Positions 31,091 through 45,900 of a DNA stretch of 64,000 nt are shown piece by piece. The DNA comes from Pristiophorus japonicus (lineage: Eukaryota), in contig NC_091994.1 of the NCBI RefSeq assembly GCF_044704955.1, positions 92,318,001 through 92,382,000 on the forward strand, in the 5' to 3' direction. The translations under genes were made by a program, and so were the position numbers. Under the pieces are notes generated by a model. It had not been told where the DNA came from. It ran no database searches and worked only from the letters and a program-made list of their open reading frames with translations. Every line of letters begins with the position of its first letter. Positions within the stretch are counted from its first letter, which is position 1.

Positions 31091-34000
31091 GCCACCCCCT
31101 CCCCCCCCCTCCTTCACTGCCCCTCCCCTCCTTTTCCTCCCCATCTACCCCTTCCCTCACTTCCCCTTTCCCTCCCCATCTGCCCCACTGTCCTCTGTCC
31201 CCTATCCCACTGCCCCACCCCCCCCCCCTTTGAGTTACAGGTTGGATTCTAATTGAGGGGATCGGGGCGGGAGTTTATATATACCCGGGAGAGAGTTACA
31301 GGCTATAATCTCGGATGCTCCATGATTCCCTGGGCATGATATTGTGGGAGATATACTTGGTATCGGGCCTGCTCATGTCTCTGGAATTGTAGAGTTTGTC
31401 TAGTTATTACAGAATGACCTTGGTTCTGTCCCCACAGATGATCATCTTCGTGCACTGGCTCCTGACAACCTGGTGAGTGATGGATTTGTTAATCCATTCA
31501 TTAAATTTCTGGTGTCCAACCAATGGAAAAATATGGCAGCACCAACAACCCAGTTGCATTTCTATAGCCCCTTTAATGTAGATAAATGTCCCACAGTGTT
31601 TCACAGAGGTGTAATCGGAAATAAATTGGTGTGACAAAGCAGATATATTGGGAGGGGTGACTAAAAACTTGGTCCAAGAGTTGGGTTTTAAAGAAGGTCT
31701 GGGGGGGGTGGGTGGTAAAAGAGAGGTCTTGCAGGAGAGGGGGGGGGGGGGGGTAAAAGAGAGGTCTTGCAGGAGAGGGGGCGGGTGGTAAAAGAGAGTT
31801 CTTGCAGGAGAGAGGGGGAGGGGGGGGATGGTAAAAGAGAGGTCTTGCAGGAGAGGCAGAGAATTACAGATTGTGAGGGCTGACGTCACATCAGTGATGG
31901 GGTGAAGCGAGATGCACAAAAGGCTAGAGCTAGTGGAATTAAAAGTTTGGGAGGGTGGAAATTGTAGGGGTAGAGGAGATTTGCAGAGATGGGGAGCGGT
32001 GAGGCCACTAGGGACTTAATGAGAATGAGAATTTTTTTATTGGGGGACTGAAATCCAATGTAGGTTAGTGAGGACAGGAGTGATATGTGAGCAGGACTTG
32101 GTGCAGAGTAGAATAAGGGCAACAGAGCCTTGGATGAGTCGAAGTTTATGGAGGGTGGAGGACGGAGGCCGGCCAGGGGAGCATTGGAATAGTCGAGCCT
32201 GGAGGTGACAAAGTCGCGGGTGAGGGTTTCAGCAAAGGTGGGCAATGTTATGGAGGTGGAAGTTTGATGGAGAGGAAGCTCAGCTATGGGTTGACTACTA
32301 TTATTCACGTGAATTTAAATGTCAATTTGTTCCTGAGATGTAGTATTTTAGGTAATTAAATCCCTTTGTGCCCAGAACACACTGCAGGAAAGACAGAGCT
32401 GAAACCGGTCACCTGTTGGAATCCCATCTATAAGATATAAATTTTCCATTTTAGCGTTTCTGTTTCGTCAACTCTCCATAGCCAGGCTACCTAACAATAT
32501 TAATGGCACCCCATATACTAAACCTGGATATGATCCTTTAAAAATGGGCCCTAATTGTGCTGTGGTTAATCTGCCACCCCAGCACTCTGAGCCATTGATT
32601 GGCAGACACTGGTCGAGACACTGAATGTTGGCTGTATCTGCAGTCTAACCTCCGTCCTCAACCCTCCAGTAATGCACGGTTTTACTAGAAACAAAATGAG
32701 AGTTTATAAAGGTGTTTTTAAAATGATGAATTTTGGGAAGAATACTGTTAAAAGATGAGCTTCAGAGGATTCTAGAATGTTTCAGCATGAGTAGAGCCAT
32801 TTATTGCTGGATGAGAATAATTAGTTCAGTTAAAGAAATGTCTTGTATTACTGTCATAACAGAGGAGGCTTGTGTACCGTAAGCCGATGACTAAGAAGGA
32901 GAGAGCGCAAGTTAAATCTTCATCTGTGTAGTTGCCTCAGCCTAGTTTATTATTTTGTAATGCTATTGAAATTTCACGAGTTCCTGTGATCTTGGGTCAG
33001 ACTGCATGGAGCAGAGAACATTTCGTGTGAGTTTCCGCAGGGGGAAGAGGGAACAGAAACTCATACAATATTATAGCTCGGAAATAGCCATTTAGCATAT
33101 TAAATAGTGTCAGTTCCACTCTCCTCGCTCATGAACACTTTTTTAATATTCCTAATTTTCAAGCAACTTTCTAATCCCCTTTGAGTCAGAAATTTGTGGG
33201 TTCAAGTCCCACTCCAGGGACTTGAGCAAAAAAAATCTAAGTTGACACTCCAGTGCAGTGCTGAGGGAATGCTGCACTGTCAGAGATAGTGGTTTTCGGA
33301 TGTGACGTTAAACCAAGGCCCCATCTGCTCTCTGAAGTGGATGTACAAGATCCCATGGCACTATTTCCAAGAAGAGTTGGGGAGTTTTCCCCGGTGTCCA
33401 GGCTAATTATCCCTCAATCAACATAACAAAAAACAGATTATCTGCTCATTATCACATTTCTGTTTGTGGTAGCTTGCTTGTGTGCAAATTGGCTGCCGCG
33501 TTTCCCACATTACAACAGTGACGACACTCCAAAAGTACTTCATTGGCTGTAAAGTGCTTTGAGACGTCTGGTGGTTGTGAAAGGCGCTATATAAATCCAA
33601 GTCTTTTTAAAAGTATTTGTGGCTTCTGCTTCAAAATTGGTTAGTGGCTGAGAATCCCATCTTCTAACCATGCTCTGTGCAAAGACATGTTTCTACTCTC
33701 CCCTTTTGGTGATTATATTAAATTTATGCCCTCTCATTATTGTCCCAGTGGAAACAGTCTCACTATCTGCCATGTCAACCCCAGTGAATCTGCTCTGCAC
33801 CTTACCTATAGTTTTTATATTCTTCCTATAATGCGGTGCCCAAAACTGTGCACAATACTCCTAACTGCAGCTTCACTAAGGTCCTGGTGAGTTCAACATT
33901 ACCTCCTTGCTTTTGTATCTTATGTCTGTAGATATGAAACCAGGGGTTCTGCTTGCCTTCTGATGCCCTTATCTACTTGCGCTGCCACCTTTTTTAATGA

Positions 34001-37000
34001 CCTGTGGGTATGAACACCAAGTTCCCTCTGCTCCTTTACTCCATTGAAGACTTTGCCCTTTAAGGTGTATTTCCTTTCCATATTCTAATTTCACATTTAT
34101 TTACACTGGACTGTATCTGCTGCCTATCTGTCCATCTATGTACTGCTCTAGTCTGCAATCTCTTCCTCCACCCCCCCACCCTCTATTTAAGAACATAAGA
34201 AATAGGAACAGGATTAGACCATATGGCCCCTCGAGCCTGCTCCGCCATTCAATAAGATCATGGCTGATCAGATCATGGACTCAGCTCCACTTCCTGCCCG
34301 CTCCCCATAACCCCTTATCCTTTAAGAAACTGTCTATTTCTGTCTTAAATTTATTCAATGTCCCAGCTTCCACAGCTCTCTGAGGCAGTGAATTCCACAG
34401 ATTTACAACCCTCTGAGAGAAGAAATTTCTCCTCATCTACGTATTAAATGGGCGGCCCCTTATTCTAAGATCATGCCCACTAGTTCTAGTCTCCCCCATC
34501 AGTGGAAACTCTGCATCCACCTTGTCAAGCCCCCTCATAATCTTATACGTTTCGATAATTCTTCTGAATTCCAATGAGTAGAGGCCCAACCTACTCAACC
34601 TTTCCTCAAGTCAAACCCCTCATCTCCAGAATCAATCTAGTGAACCTTCTCTGAATTGCCTCCAAAGCAAATATATCCTTTCGTAAATATGGAAACCAAA
34701 ACTGCACGCAGTATTCCAGGTGTGGCCTCACCAATACCCTGTATAGCTGTAGCAAGACTTCCCTGCTTTTATACTTCATTCTACTTGCAATAAAGGCCAA
34801 GATTCCATTGGTCTTCCTGATCACTTGCTGTACCTGCATACTGTCCTTTTGTGTTTCATGCACAAGTACCCCCAGGTCCCACTGTACTGCAGCACTTTGT
34901 AATCTTTCTCCATTTACATAATAACTTGTTCTTTGATTTTTTTCCTGCCAAAGTGCATGACCTCACACTTTCCAAATTATACTCCATCTGCCACATTTTT
35001 GCCCACTCACTTAGCCTATCTATGTCCTTTTGCAGATTTTTTGTGTCCTCCTCACACATTGCCTTTCCTTCCATCTTTGTATCATCAGCAAACTTGGCTA
35101 CGTTACACTCAGTTCCATCTTCCAAGTCGTTAATATAGATTGTAAATAGTTGGGGTCCCAACACTGATCCCTGCGGCACCGAATTAGTTATTGGTTGCCA
35201 GCCAGGGAATGAACCATTTGTCCCGACTCTGTTTTCTGTTAGTTAGCCAATCCTCTATCCATGCTAATATATTACCCCTGTGAACTTTTATCTTGTGCAG
35301 TAATCTTTTATGTGGCACCTTGTCAAATGTCATCAACAAACTTCAGACACTGTCTCCTCAATTCCCAAGTCCAGATATTTAGGTATGCAGTAAATAAGGG
35401 CATCCTAAACCCAGACCCCTGGGAAACACTATTCCATTTCATCCCAATCTGAGAAACTTCTTTTTATCCCTGTCCTTTGTTTTTCTTCTACTTTCCCCTT
35501 AATTTAATTTCCTATTATCTTTGCCTTATCTCTCTACGGTAGTATCTTATTAAATGCTTCTTGAAGATTAATATCCACTGAATTTCCTTTATTTATCCTC
35601 TCCTTTCTTCAAAGAATTCTCTTGAGGTTGGCCAAGCATGAGGCGTCTTTTCGGACTGTGTGCTGACTGACCCCGATTAATTCTTGTTTCTCCAAGTTGC
35701 AGTCATTTCATTCCATGCTACAGATTCTAGTATTCATCAACAACTGAAGTGCGGCTAACTCCCTGTAATGATTGGCTTGTCCCAGTCTCCTTGCTTGAAG
35801 AGGGGAGTTTGCTCAGGTGAACAGCCAGGCTTGTAGCCAAGAAGGGTTTCAAATTGACTTTTTATTTCAAAAATAAAATAAAATTATGTAATATAATGCA
35901 GAAGTTCTAATTGTTTAGACATCATAGCCTCAATTTCTATCCCTCTTTCCGCCCCCCCCCCCCCCCCGCCCCCCGCCATGGATGAGAAAGATTTGGTGGG
36001 GGTGGGAGTGGGGGGAGTTAAAATATCAGGATCGTGCACCTCCTGTGCCTATTCGCGAGCGCTGTAATATTCCTGGTGGTGATTTAGGTCCTGGACACGG
36101 CTACTGCTTGAAGTAGACTGAGCGTAATGAATGTGCAAAAGTCAAGGCCCGTTGATGTCATGGCACCACAACTTATTTTTAACCCTTATCCCAGGGAGAG
36201 TTCCACCGTCTGCCCCACTGCTGGGTTCTCACTCTGGCCATTGTCGGGTGGGCATCTACAGTCATTTTATAGAATCATAGAAATTTGCGGCACAAAAGGA
36301 GGCCATTTGGCCCATTGTGTCTGCGCCGGTCGAAAAAGAGCTATCTAGCCTAATCCAGCTTTGTAGCTCTTGGTCTGTAGCCTTGCCGGTTACGGCACTT
36401 CAAGTGCACATTCAAGTACTTTTTCAAATGTGATGAGGGTTTCTGCCTCTACCACCCTTTCAGACAGTGAGTTCCAGGCCCCCACCACCCTCTGGGTGAA
36501 AAAAATTCTCCTCAACTCCCCTCTAATGACTTTAAATCTATGCCCCTGGTTATTAACATCTCTGCTAGGGGATATAGGTCTTTCCTATGCACTCTATCTA
36601 GGCCCTTCATAATTTTATACACCTCAATTAAGTCTCCCCTCTGTTCCAAAGAAAACAACCCCAGCCTAATGAATCTTTCATCATAGCTAAAATTCTCCAG
36701 TCCTGGCAACATCCTTGTAAATCGCCTCTGTACCTTTGCTAGTGCAGTCACATCTTTCCTGTAACATGGTGACCGGATCTGTACGCAGTAAATAAGGTCT
36801 TCACGTCCATGGCCTTGCCAGGTTCTTGCCCATTTTGGGGATCCCCATTAATATCGGGGCTCCGGTCTCTGACTTGGTTAATAATCTGGTTCCCTGATGG
36901 TCGAGTTCAGGCTGTGCAAAGCCAGAAGGTCACCAGTCACTCCTGAGTTTGTGCTGAATGAATTGGAAACGGAAGGAGGTAGATTTAAAATTGCTTGAGT

Positions 37001-40000
37001 GATGTGGAAACAATTTCTGGTCAACAAATACAGATTGATGTAACTCTGAGGATATTAATAAGGATTTAATTGATTTATCCCAGGGACTGGTGGTAATTAA
37101 TCTGTACATGTGTGGTTTGCCTCTATTGTGGGCCAGGTTATGAGAATCAAGTGTGGAGGCAAAAAGGCTTTTTTTTAGCTCATTGAGCAAGGTAGGCACG
37201 ATAGTGAACTGTCGCTAACTTAATCAGCATCATAAAGACAGTACAAGCTGGTTGTGAGGCAAGTGCGTCTTCGAACAGCTGGCTAGGACAAGGTGGTGGG
37301 GGATGTGGAGGGGCCACTGTCTTGGGCACTCCTAACCTTCAGGGAGGTTTTTTTGGGGTTGTGTGAGGGTGGGGGTGGTGCAAGTCAGCTGAGATATCGT
37401 GATATTGCCTCACTGCTACTTAGAGGCCTGTTGCCTGCTTAGGAGGAAACGATTGAGTCATTCTAAGCCAATCTTGCACATCTCTCTCTCCATTTCCATT
37501 ACAAAGCAGCAGTGAGCTAGGTAGGGTTGTGTCTCCAGCACTCAGCCACAGAATGGTGCTGTGTGATTTAGGGGGCGGGGATTGTTGTTTACAGTAGGGT
37601 CGGAACTTCTTGTGGGATTCTGAACACATCCACTGGAACAAGCAGAGCATTAAAATTCCTGGGAACAACATTTTACGCAGAGCTGGAGACCGATGGGGAG
37701 GTGGAGAATCTATTGTGTTGCTTGAGCAAGATCAAGAATCTAAATATAATATTTTAAAAGCTTTCTAATTGTGCCGACACTGGGATTGTTCTACGTGCCT
37801 CAAAGAAGCTGTGACCACGAGAGAGCAGCTGATGATGGTTTTCTGTTTAACAGGGGCTTTATGTTTCCGTGGCTCTCGCAATCCTACATCTGGAATAATT
37901 ACGCTGTTCTGGCCATTGGAGTTTGGGCCATCGCTCAGCGAGACTCTGTTGATGCTCTTGGCATGGTGAGTACCTCCAGCCCAACAATTCTTTCCCAGGT
38001 GTGGATGCATCTTCCAGTTCAATGTGCTTCAGTTACATCCCCCTCCCTCCATCTTTGCTGGAATATAGTTCACAGATGCTAACCACCCCTTGATATCTCA
38101 CCCGAGTGACCATTCTTCACGCGAGTCGAGACAGCAAGTGTTAGCAAACTATTCAGAATAGGGGGAAGCCCACATGATCAGACTTGCACTTCCAGCAGCA
38201 GTCTCCGTATAGTCATCAGGAGTGGGGACGATGACTGATTTTTCCAATTTAACTCCCCCGCCCCCCCCCCCACCCAGCACCGTTGTACCTGCCCAGAAAT
38301 CAGCTACCGGGGACTGGCCGCTCAGTTGCGACAAAGACCGCTCAGCAGTTTTAGGCGGCGGCTGCCCATCAGCATCTTCTCGGGGCAACTAGGAAGGGGC
38401 AATAAATGCTGGTCTTACCAGCGCTGCCCACATCCTGAGCATCAATGAAAAAAGGAACCTGGAATCTTCCCAGTCTGTGGGTCACCTCACACTTGAGCCA
38501 TTGAACCTGTGTGACCTTTCACCCTATCCCATAACCAATTGCCAATTTGCAAGATTCTGGCTGCAGTTCAGTGAATTTGTAAGGATTAAAAAAAGATAAT
38601 TATTTCAGTAAAGCGAGGTGTGTGGGTGTTTTCTTTAGAAAGAGTAAGGGTGAGTCAGAGTATCTTTCTCTTTCTCCCCCGTTGCCCCCCTCCTCTCTCC
38701 CCCGTTGCCCCCCTCCTCTCTCCCCCATTGCCCTCCTCCTCTCTCTCCCCCGTTCTCCCCCCCTCCTCCTCTCTCTCCCCCCCCGTTCCCCCCCTCCTCC
38801 TCCTCTCCCCCCGTTCCCCCCCCTCCTCCTCTCTCTCCCCCCCGTTCCCCTCCCTCCTCCTCTCTTTCCCCCCCTCCTCCTCTCTCTCCTCTCTTTCCCC
38901 CCCCTCCTCCTCTCTCTCCCCCCCGTTCCCCCCCTCCTCTCTCTCCCCCCCGTTCCCCCCCTCCTCTCTCTCCCCCCCCCGTTCCCCCCCCTCCTCTCTC
39001 TCCCCCCGTCCCCCCCCCTCCTCTCTCTCCCCCCCCGTTCCCCCCCTCCTCTCTCTCCCCCCCCGTTCCCCCCCTCCTCTCTCTCCCCCCCATTCCCCCC
39101 TCCTCTCTCTCCCCCCCCCCCCCGTTCCCCCTCCTCCTCTCTCCCCCCTCCCGTTCCCCCACTCTTCTCTCTCCCCCCCGTTCCCCCCCTCCTCTCTCTC
39201 CCCCCCTCCCTCTCTCTCCCCCCCGTTCCCCCCTTCCTCTCTCTCCCCCCCGTTCCCCCCTTCCTCTCTCTCCCCCCCTTTCCCCCCTCCTCTCTCTCCC
39301 CCCCTTTCCCCCCCTCCTCTCTCTCCCCCCCTTTCCCCCCTCCTCTCTCTCCCCCCCGTTCCCCCCCTCCTCTCTCTCCCCCCCCGTTCCCCCCCTCCTC
39401 TCTCTCTCCCCCCGTTCCCCCCCTCCTCTCTCTCCCCCCGTTCCCCCCCTCCTCTCTCTCCCCCCCGTTCCCCCCCTCCTCTCTCTCCCCCCCGTTCCCC
39501 CCCTCCTCTCTCTCCCCCCCGTTCCCCCCCTCCTCTCTCTCCCCCCCGTTCCCCCCTCCTCTCTCTCCCCCCGTTCCCCCCCTCCTCTCTCTTCCCCCCT
39601 CCTCTCTCTCCCCCCGTTCCCCCCCTCCTCTCTCTCCCCCCCGTTCCCCCCCTCCTCTCTCTCTCCCCCCGTTCCCCCCCTCCTCTCTCTCTCCCCCCGT
39701 TCCCCCCTCCTCTCTCTCTCCCCCCGTTCCCCCCTCCTCTCTCTCTCCCCCCCGTTCCCCCCCTCCTCTCTCTCTCCCCCCGTTCCCCCCTCTCTCTCTC
39801 TCCCCCCGTCCCCCCTCCTCCCCCCCTCCTCTCTCTCTCCCCCCCGTTCCCCCCCTCCTCTCTCTCTCCCCCCCGTTCCCCCCCTCCTCTCTCTCTCCCC
39901 CCCGTTCCCCCCCTCCTCTCTCTCTCCCCCCCGTTCCCCCCCTCCTCTCTCTCTCTCCCCCCGTCCCCCTCCTCTCTCTCTCTCCCCCCCGTTCCCCCCC

Positions 40001-42890
40001 TCCTCTCTCTCTCTCCCCCCCGTACCCCCCTCCTCTCTCTCTCTCTCTCCCCCCCGTTCCCCCCTCCCTCTCTCTCTCTCCCCCCCGTTCCCCCCCTCCT
40101 CTCTCTCTCTCCCCCCCGTACCCCCCTCCTCTCTCTCTCTCTCTCCCCCCCGTTCCCCCCCTCCTCTCTCTCTCTCCCCCCCGTTCCCCCCTCCTCTCTC
40201 TCTCCCCCCCGTTCCCCCCTCCTCTCTCTCTCCCCCCCCCCGTTCCCCCCCTCCTCTCTCTCTTCCCCCCCCGTTCCCCCCCTTCTCTCTCTCTTCCCCC
40301 CGTTCCCCCCCCTCCTCTCTCTCTCCCCCCCCGTTCCCCCCTCCTCTCTCTCCCCCCCCCGTTCCCCCCCTCCTTTCTCTCCCCCCCGTTCCCCCCCTCC
40401 TCTCTCTCTCTCCCCCCCCGTTCCCCCCCTCCTCTCTCTCTCTCCCCCCGTTCCCCCCCTCCTCTCTCTCTCTCCCCCCCGTACCCCCCTCCTCTCTCTC
40501 TCTCTCTCCCCCCCCGTTCCCCCCTCCTCTCTCTCTCTCCCCCCCCCGTTCCCCCCTCCTCTCTCTCCCCCCCCCCGTTCCCCCCCTCCTCTCTCTCTCC
40601 CCCCCCCCGTTCCCCCCCTCCTCTCTCTCTTCCCCCCCGTTCCCCCCCTTCTCTCTCTCTTCCCCCCCCGTTCCCCCCCCCTCCTCCTCTCTCTCTCCCC
40701 CCCCGTTCCCCCCCTCCTCTCTCTCCCCCCCCGTTCCCCCCCTCCTTTCTCTCCACCCCCGTTCCCCCCCTCTCTCTCTCCTCCCCCCGTTCCCCCACCT
40801 CCTCACTCTCTCCATCACCCCACATGTGCTTAACCCATTTCCCATTCCTCTGAAAAGAAGTGGGAGAGATAAATTGTGAATTACAATGACTGCAGCTAGG
40901 TGGGAAATAAAGAATTGTAGCAATGGAATGAGCACAAGGCTGTGCTTGCCTCGTACTGTGATTATGTGCGTGTGATGATGCGACTGTTGGGCACGAACAG
41001 TCCAAGCACCAATCGCTAATTGCTTGAGTCCAGTGTTGTGCCTGAGGTTTAAAACACTCTCGTTCATCCTGACAGTTACAGTGAGGTCATTATCAACTGA
41101 CCAGCTCAGCAACAGGACATGTCAAAACATGTTCACATGTACACACAGTAGACATTGTGAGCAATATCCCTGAGGCAGATCTGTCGTGCTGGATTCACAG
41201 AGTTTCTTTCACCTCCTGGAATGGTCTAGCACCTCTGGGCTGTGACCCATTCTTAAACTTGGTGCACCTGGGTCAAGGATTACTGCAGAACCATGGTTGG
41301 TTAGCCTGCGAATGGTGCATCGAGTTACGAGAGTAAACGTGTGTTGGACACAGTGAGGTCTCCCTTTCGCTTTGCTAGTCCCGTGTTTAGTTCACCGTTA
41401 CCTGCTGTCATACTGGCAACCAATGTCCTGTGACTGCCTGCTAGTGATTGGATGTTGAATCTGATGTCTTACTTTTTCTTTCAGTATTTATTTGGCGTGC
41501 TGATAACAATCCTCACAGATATCATCCACATCGCGATTGGCTACAACCGTTTCGCTGCCGTGCAAAGCGACATTGCATTGAGGGACCAGTTCCGCTTCAG
41601 TGTTGGCATGGCAATTTTGAGCCTCCTTCTGAAACCGGTTTCATGTCTCTTTGTGTATCAGATGTACAAGGAACGAGGGGGTGATTGCAACTTAAACATT
41701 GGTAAGAGCCTAGCCCACCTGTACTTGTCACTATAACCCTGGGCAACAGTAGCGGGGCAAGATGATGCACTAAAGGAAACCTTGGAGCTTGATAAATCTG
41801 CACAGCGAGAAGCACCGATTTGGTGTGTTGTCTTTCCCCACCCCAGTGGCACCTGGTAGAGCAAAGGCGTTGTCATTCTGTACAAACCAGGTGACCTCCC
41901 CCTCTCCCCCCCCCCCCCCCCCCCCCCCCCCCCAAGCTCCGGAGTGGGGAGCTTCTGCCACACCCCCGCAACCTCGCTCCCCAGCATGACCTCATCTAGG
42001 AACACATGCTGCACAGCAGATGGGACAGGCTGTATCTTGGCGACAGGCGCAAGTGTAGAATTTGCAACATGCTGGATTTACCTGTGTGCTGCTGTCGTGT
42101 CCGCTGAGCAGGTTGCTCTGAGGCTGCAGCAAGTCACACACACATACACTGGGGCAAACCTCCTGCTCCCAACAGGTTGGCTGTTACAACAGCATGGGGT
42201 GCAGCACTTGGCAATTATAACGTTGTCCAACAGTAATAGCCATTTCTGTTGGGTCTATGCACCAGATTGAATTGAGCGTCAAAGACACAAATCTGATTGG
42301 AGTGAGTGAGCGCGCAGATCAGTCCGATCTGTTGGGTGGGTGGGTGGGAAGCACAGACTCTCATTGGGGTTGGGGGGGGGGGTGGGGGCGGTAGCCACAA
42401 ACACAGACTCTTGGAGACAGAGGGCTGGGGGGCATACACTCGGTGGCGGGGGGAGGAGGGGCATAGACTGAGATTGGAGAGATTCAAATCCCAACTGAGC
42501 CTAATTATGTCCTTGCCTGAGATCCACACTCTTGTTTGAAATAAGGTGAAACAATTTCATTGTGAATTTCAACAGCTATCTCCCTGTTAATAATTACATC
42601 CATGAAAATAATAAAACATTTTCTCAAATTTTGGAGTTTGACAAGTTTGGGCAAACAATGGCTGTGTCCAACGCCCCAAGCCCTCGAGAAGGTCCGTTCC
42701 GTGGGTGCAGTATTCAAGAAGCAGTGAATTCATTGTATTCATCTGGGGGAAGGGGCTATATTTTATATAACTGTGCTTAATATTCCTGTTTTATGTTGTA
42801 CGTGTTCTGTTTTGTTTCTTTAGTTACCTGCTTCTCAACCTTCCGAAGGTGTCATCAAAGCTTATGTTTGTGTTTTTCTTTCTTTCTTTC

Positions 42891-42927
<37 letters not shown>

Positions 42928-45900
42928 TCTCTCTGCTCTCTCCATCTCAGACCTGGACAGTTCCATTGACAGCAGGTTTACGTGCGATAGCGTTGAATCC
43001 ACTGCTCGCTATGGTTGCTCCTACTGAACCACCCGTCCCTGCCTCTCCTGCAGTGCGTGTCCACTCTTCCTCCCTTTGCTGCAACCCGCAGCCCTCCTGC
43101 TTTGATCGGTGATCTTCCAATAATCACATGATCCCTCCTTGGCTGCTGAAATGTTGCTGCCGTTTTTATCCTGTTATTGTTTATTTGTTCTTTGCAAAGA
43201 TCCAGATTATTTCAAGTTTGCATTTTTCATTTTTTGTATAACATTTCTGGATTTAAAAAAAATGTATTTGTTTGTTGTTCATATTCTCTTTGAAATGGAA
43301 TTTTATCAAAGCTGTGGATATTTGAATGAAGGTTTGTGGTTTGGTTGAGTACCCGTTACGAAGCTTTCCTGGAGGCCCAGTGATTGGCTGACCACATGGA
43401 TTAGAAATTCACAGGTTCAATCTTGCTCTGTGCTGAGTTTACTAATCTTAGCTGAAGCACTATAGTTTGTCTCGAGGCTCCTGTGTTGGGGAGGATGAAA
43501 TCAGATGACACTAAAATAGGAGGCATGGTGAATAATTCTGAGGACTAAAGGAAGCTGCAAGGGGATATTGATAAGATGGTGGAATGGGCAAAGAAGTGGC
43601 TGATATAATTCAATGTCAATAAGTGTCGGAGGTACATTTTGGTAAACTAATTATACTTTGAGCAAAGATATTCCCCAGCTTTGGTTCTCCAGTACCAACT
43701 ATCTCCTTAAACCCCTCTCCCCTGCTCCCTCCTCCCTTACTTCCAACAAATGTCATTAAAATTGAGACCATTCATTTAGCCTTTTCTGCTGCATCCACCT
43801 CGATCCCTGAACCCGCGTCTTTCGCTCCTTTTTCCCCTCATGCCCTTTCCGCACTCACCTTGTCCATGAAACCTACTGCTGTTCCCTTAACCCCATTCCC
43901 AGTAAACTGCTGACCACCCAACTTCCCTTCCTGGCTCCTTGCAAGTTGACGTCTAAATGGTTCCCTCCTCGGGTACTGTCTCTTTTTCCCCCCCCCCACC
44001 CCTTTTTCAAAACTGCTGTCATCACCCTCCCCCCCCCCCCCCCCCACCCCCTGAAAAAAATCACCTTTAACCCCTCTCTCTAGAAACCACCACTTTGTCT
44101 GCAACCTCCCTTTCCTCTCCAAAGTTCTTGAATGTGTTGTAGCTCCCAAATCTGTGCCCATCTTCCACGCAACTTCATGTTTGAATCTCTCCAATCCAGG
44201 GTTTCTGCCCCTTCCCCAGCACTGAAACAGCCCAAAGTGGCATGGATTTAGGTTGTGGTACTCTCTCTCTCTCTCCTCATTCTGCTCAATCTCTCTCTGC
44301 AGTCTTTGACACTGTTGACCACACTATTCTCCTCCGCTGTCCAGTTGAGTAGGGCTGCCCTTGCTTGGTTTCACTTTTGCCTCCAATCATAGCCAGAACA
44401 TCTCCAGCAATAGTATCTGTTCCTGTTCTTACACCGTTGCCTCTGGAGGCCCCCCAAGAATCTCCCCTTGACCCTCTCCTCCTCCTCATCTACATACTGT
44501 CATCCAAAGACGTGTGGTTCGCTTCCACGTATGTGTTCTCTGATGGCAGCCGACTCTACACCTCCACCACCTCTCCCGATCACTTCACTGCCTCTCTGTT
44601 GTCAAACTGCTTATCTGACATCCAGTATTGGATGAGCTGCAATTTCCCTCCAGTTAAGCAATGGGAAGACAAAAGCCATTGTCTTTAGCCTCAGCCTCAA
44701 CTTCCATACCTTTGCCACTGTTTCAGGTTGCACCTGACTTTTTAACCTCGGTGTCCTATTTGACTTCAAACTGAACTTCTGAACCCATATCCGCTCCATC
44801 ACATAGGTCGCCAACTTCCACCCTGTAACGTTGTCTGTCTCCACCCCTTCCTCAGCTCACCTGCTGCTGAAACCCTCAATCGTGCCGTTGTAACCTCCAG
44901 ACTCGATTCTTCCAACACTCTACTGGCCAGTCCCCGTGAACTTCAATTCATTCTCAACTCTTCTGCTTATACCCAATCCCACACTAAGTCCCGTTCATCC
45001 ACCATCCCTGTGCTTATTGACCTACTTTGGTTCTCATGCTCATGTTTAAATCCCTTCATGGCCATGCCCTTCACTATCTCTAATGTTCTCCAGCCATTCA
45101 AACCTCCGGGAACTCTGCGTTCCTCTGACTGGCCTATTGTGCATCCCCCTCCCTTTGCCCCATGATTGGGGGCCATGCCTTCAACCGTTTAAGCCCCACA
45201 ATCTGGAATTCTCTCCCTAAACCCCTCTGCCTCTCCACCTCCATCTTATCCTTTAAAACCTCCTTAAAATGCACTTTTTTGACCAAGTTTTTAACTCGCT
45301 CCTCCTGATATCTCCTTTGACGGTGTCAATTATTGTCTGATTACACTTCTGTGAAGTGTCTTGGGACAGTTTGCAAATTGTTGTTGATTTGTTAGAGATG
45401 TTTAAAATTATGAAGGGATGAGACAGAGTAGATAAAAACAGTTTCCAGTGATTGAGGGGCTGTAGGTAAAAGAATAAATGTGACAGAACAGAAGAAATGT
45501 ATTTTAGAGGTGAGAGGCTGTGGAATGTCAGTGAATGAAGCAGAGACAATATCAATATTTAAGGATAGATTAGATAGACAGTTGAAGGCAAAGGGAATAA
45601 AGAGAGATGGGCACAGGGCAAGAACATGGGATGAGGGTTACTACTAACTGTCTAGTTGGATCAAACAGCCTGTTTCCTTGCAGTAATTTCTATATACCTT
45701 TCTGAGACTACAAATGATTTTACTGCCCATTCCTCAGTCTGAGGTTAGACAGCTGAGCAGTTCCAAGCTCTACCAATGTTGCTTTATCAAACTCGTGCTG
45801 TAGAATTCTGGCAGCTCGCTGTGAGCTCGTGGTTGAAACCAGGTCAGTGTAGAGGTTTTCGGGTTGCACACTTTAGTTGTTTTCAGTTATTTCTGCCAAT

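Noticed and set aside
38600-41112. 700-825 aa Pro/Ser or Gly/Glu/Arg ORFs resembling extensin or formin
   Set aside because: Artefact of the C/T array inside AGTRAP intron 3; open on both strands.
42824-42848. 25-nt micro-exon candidate in AGTRAP intron 4
   Set aside because: Not frame-preserving and the donor (GTGTCA) is weak.
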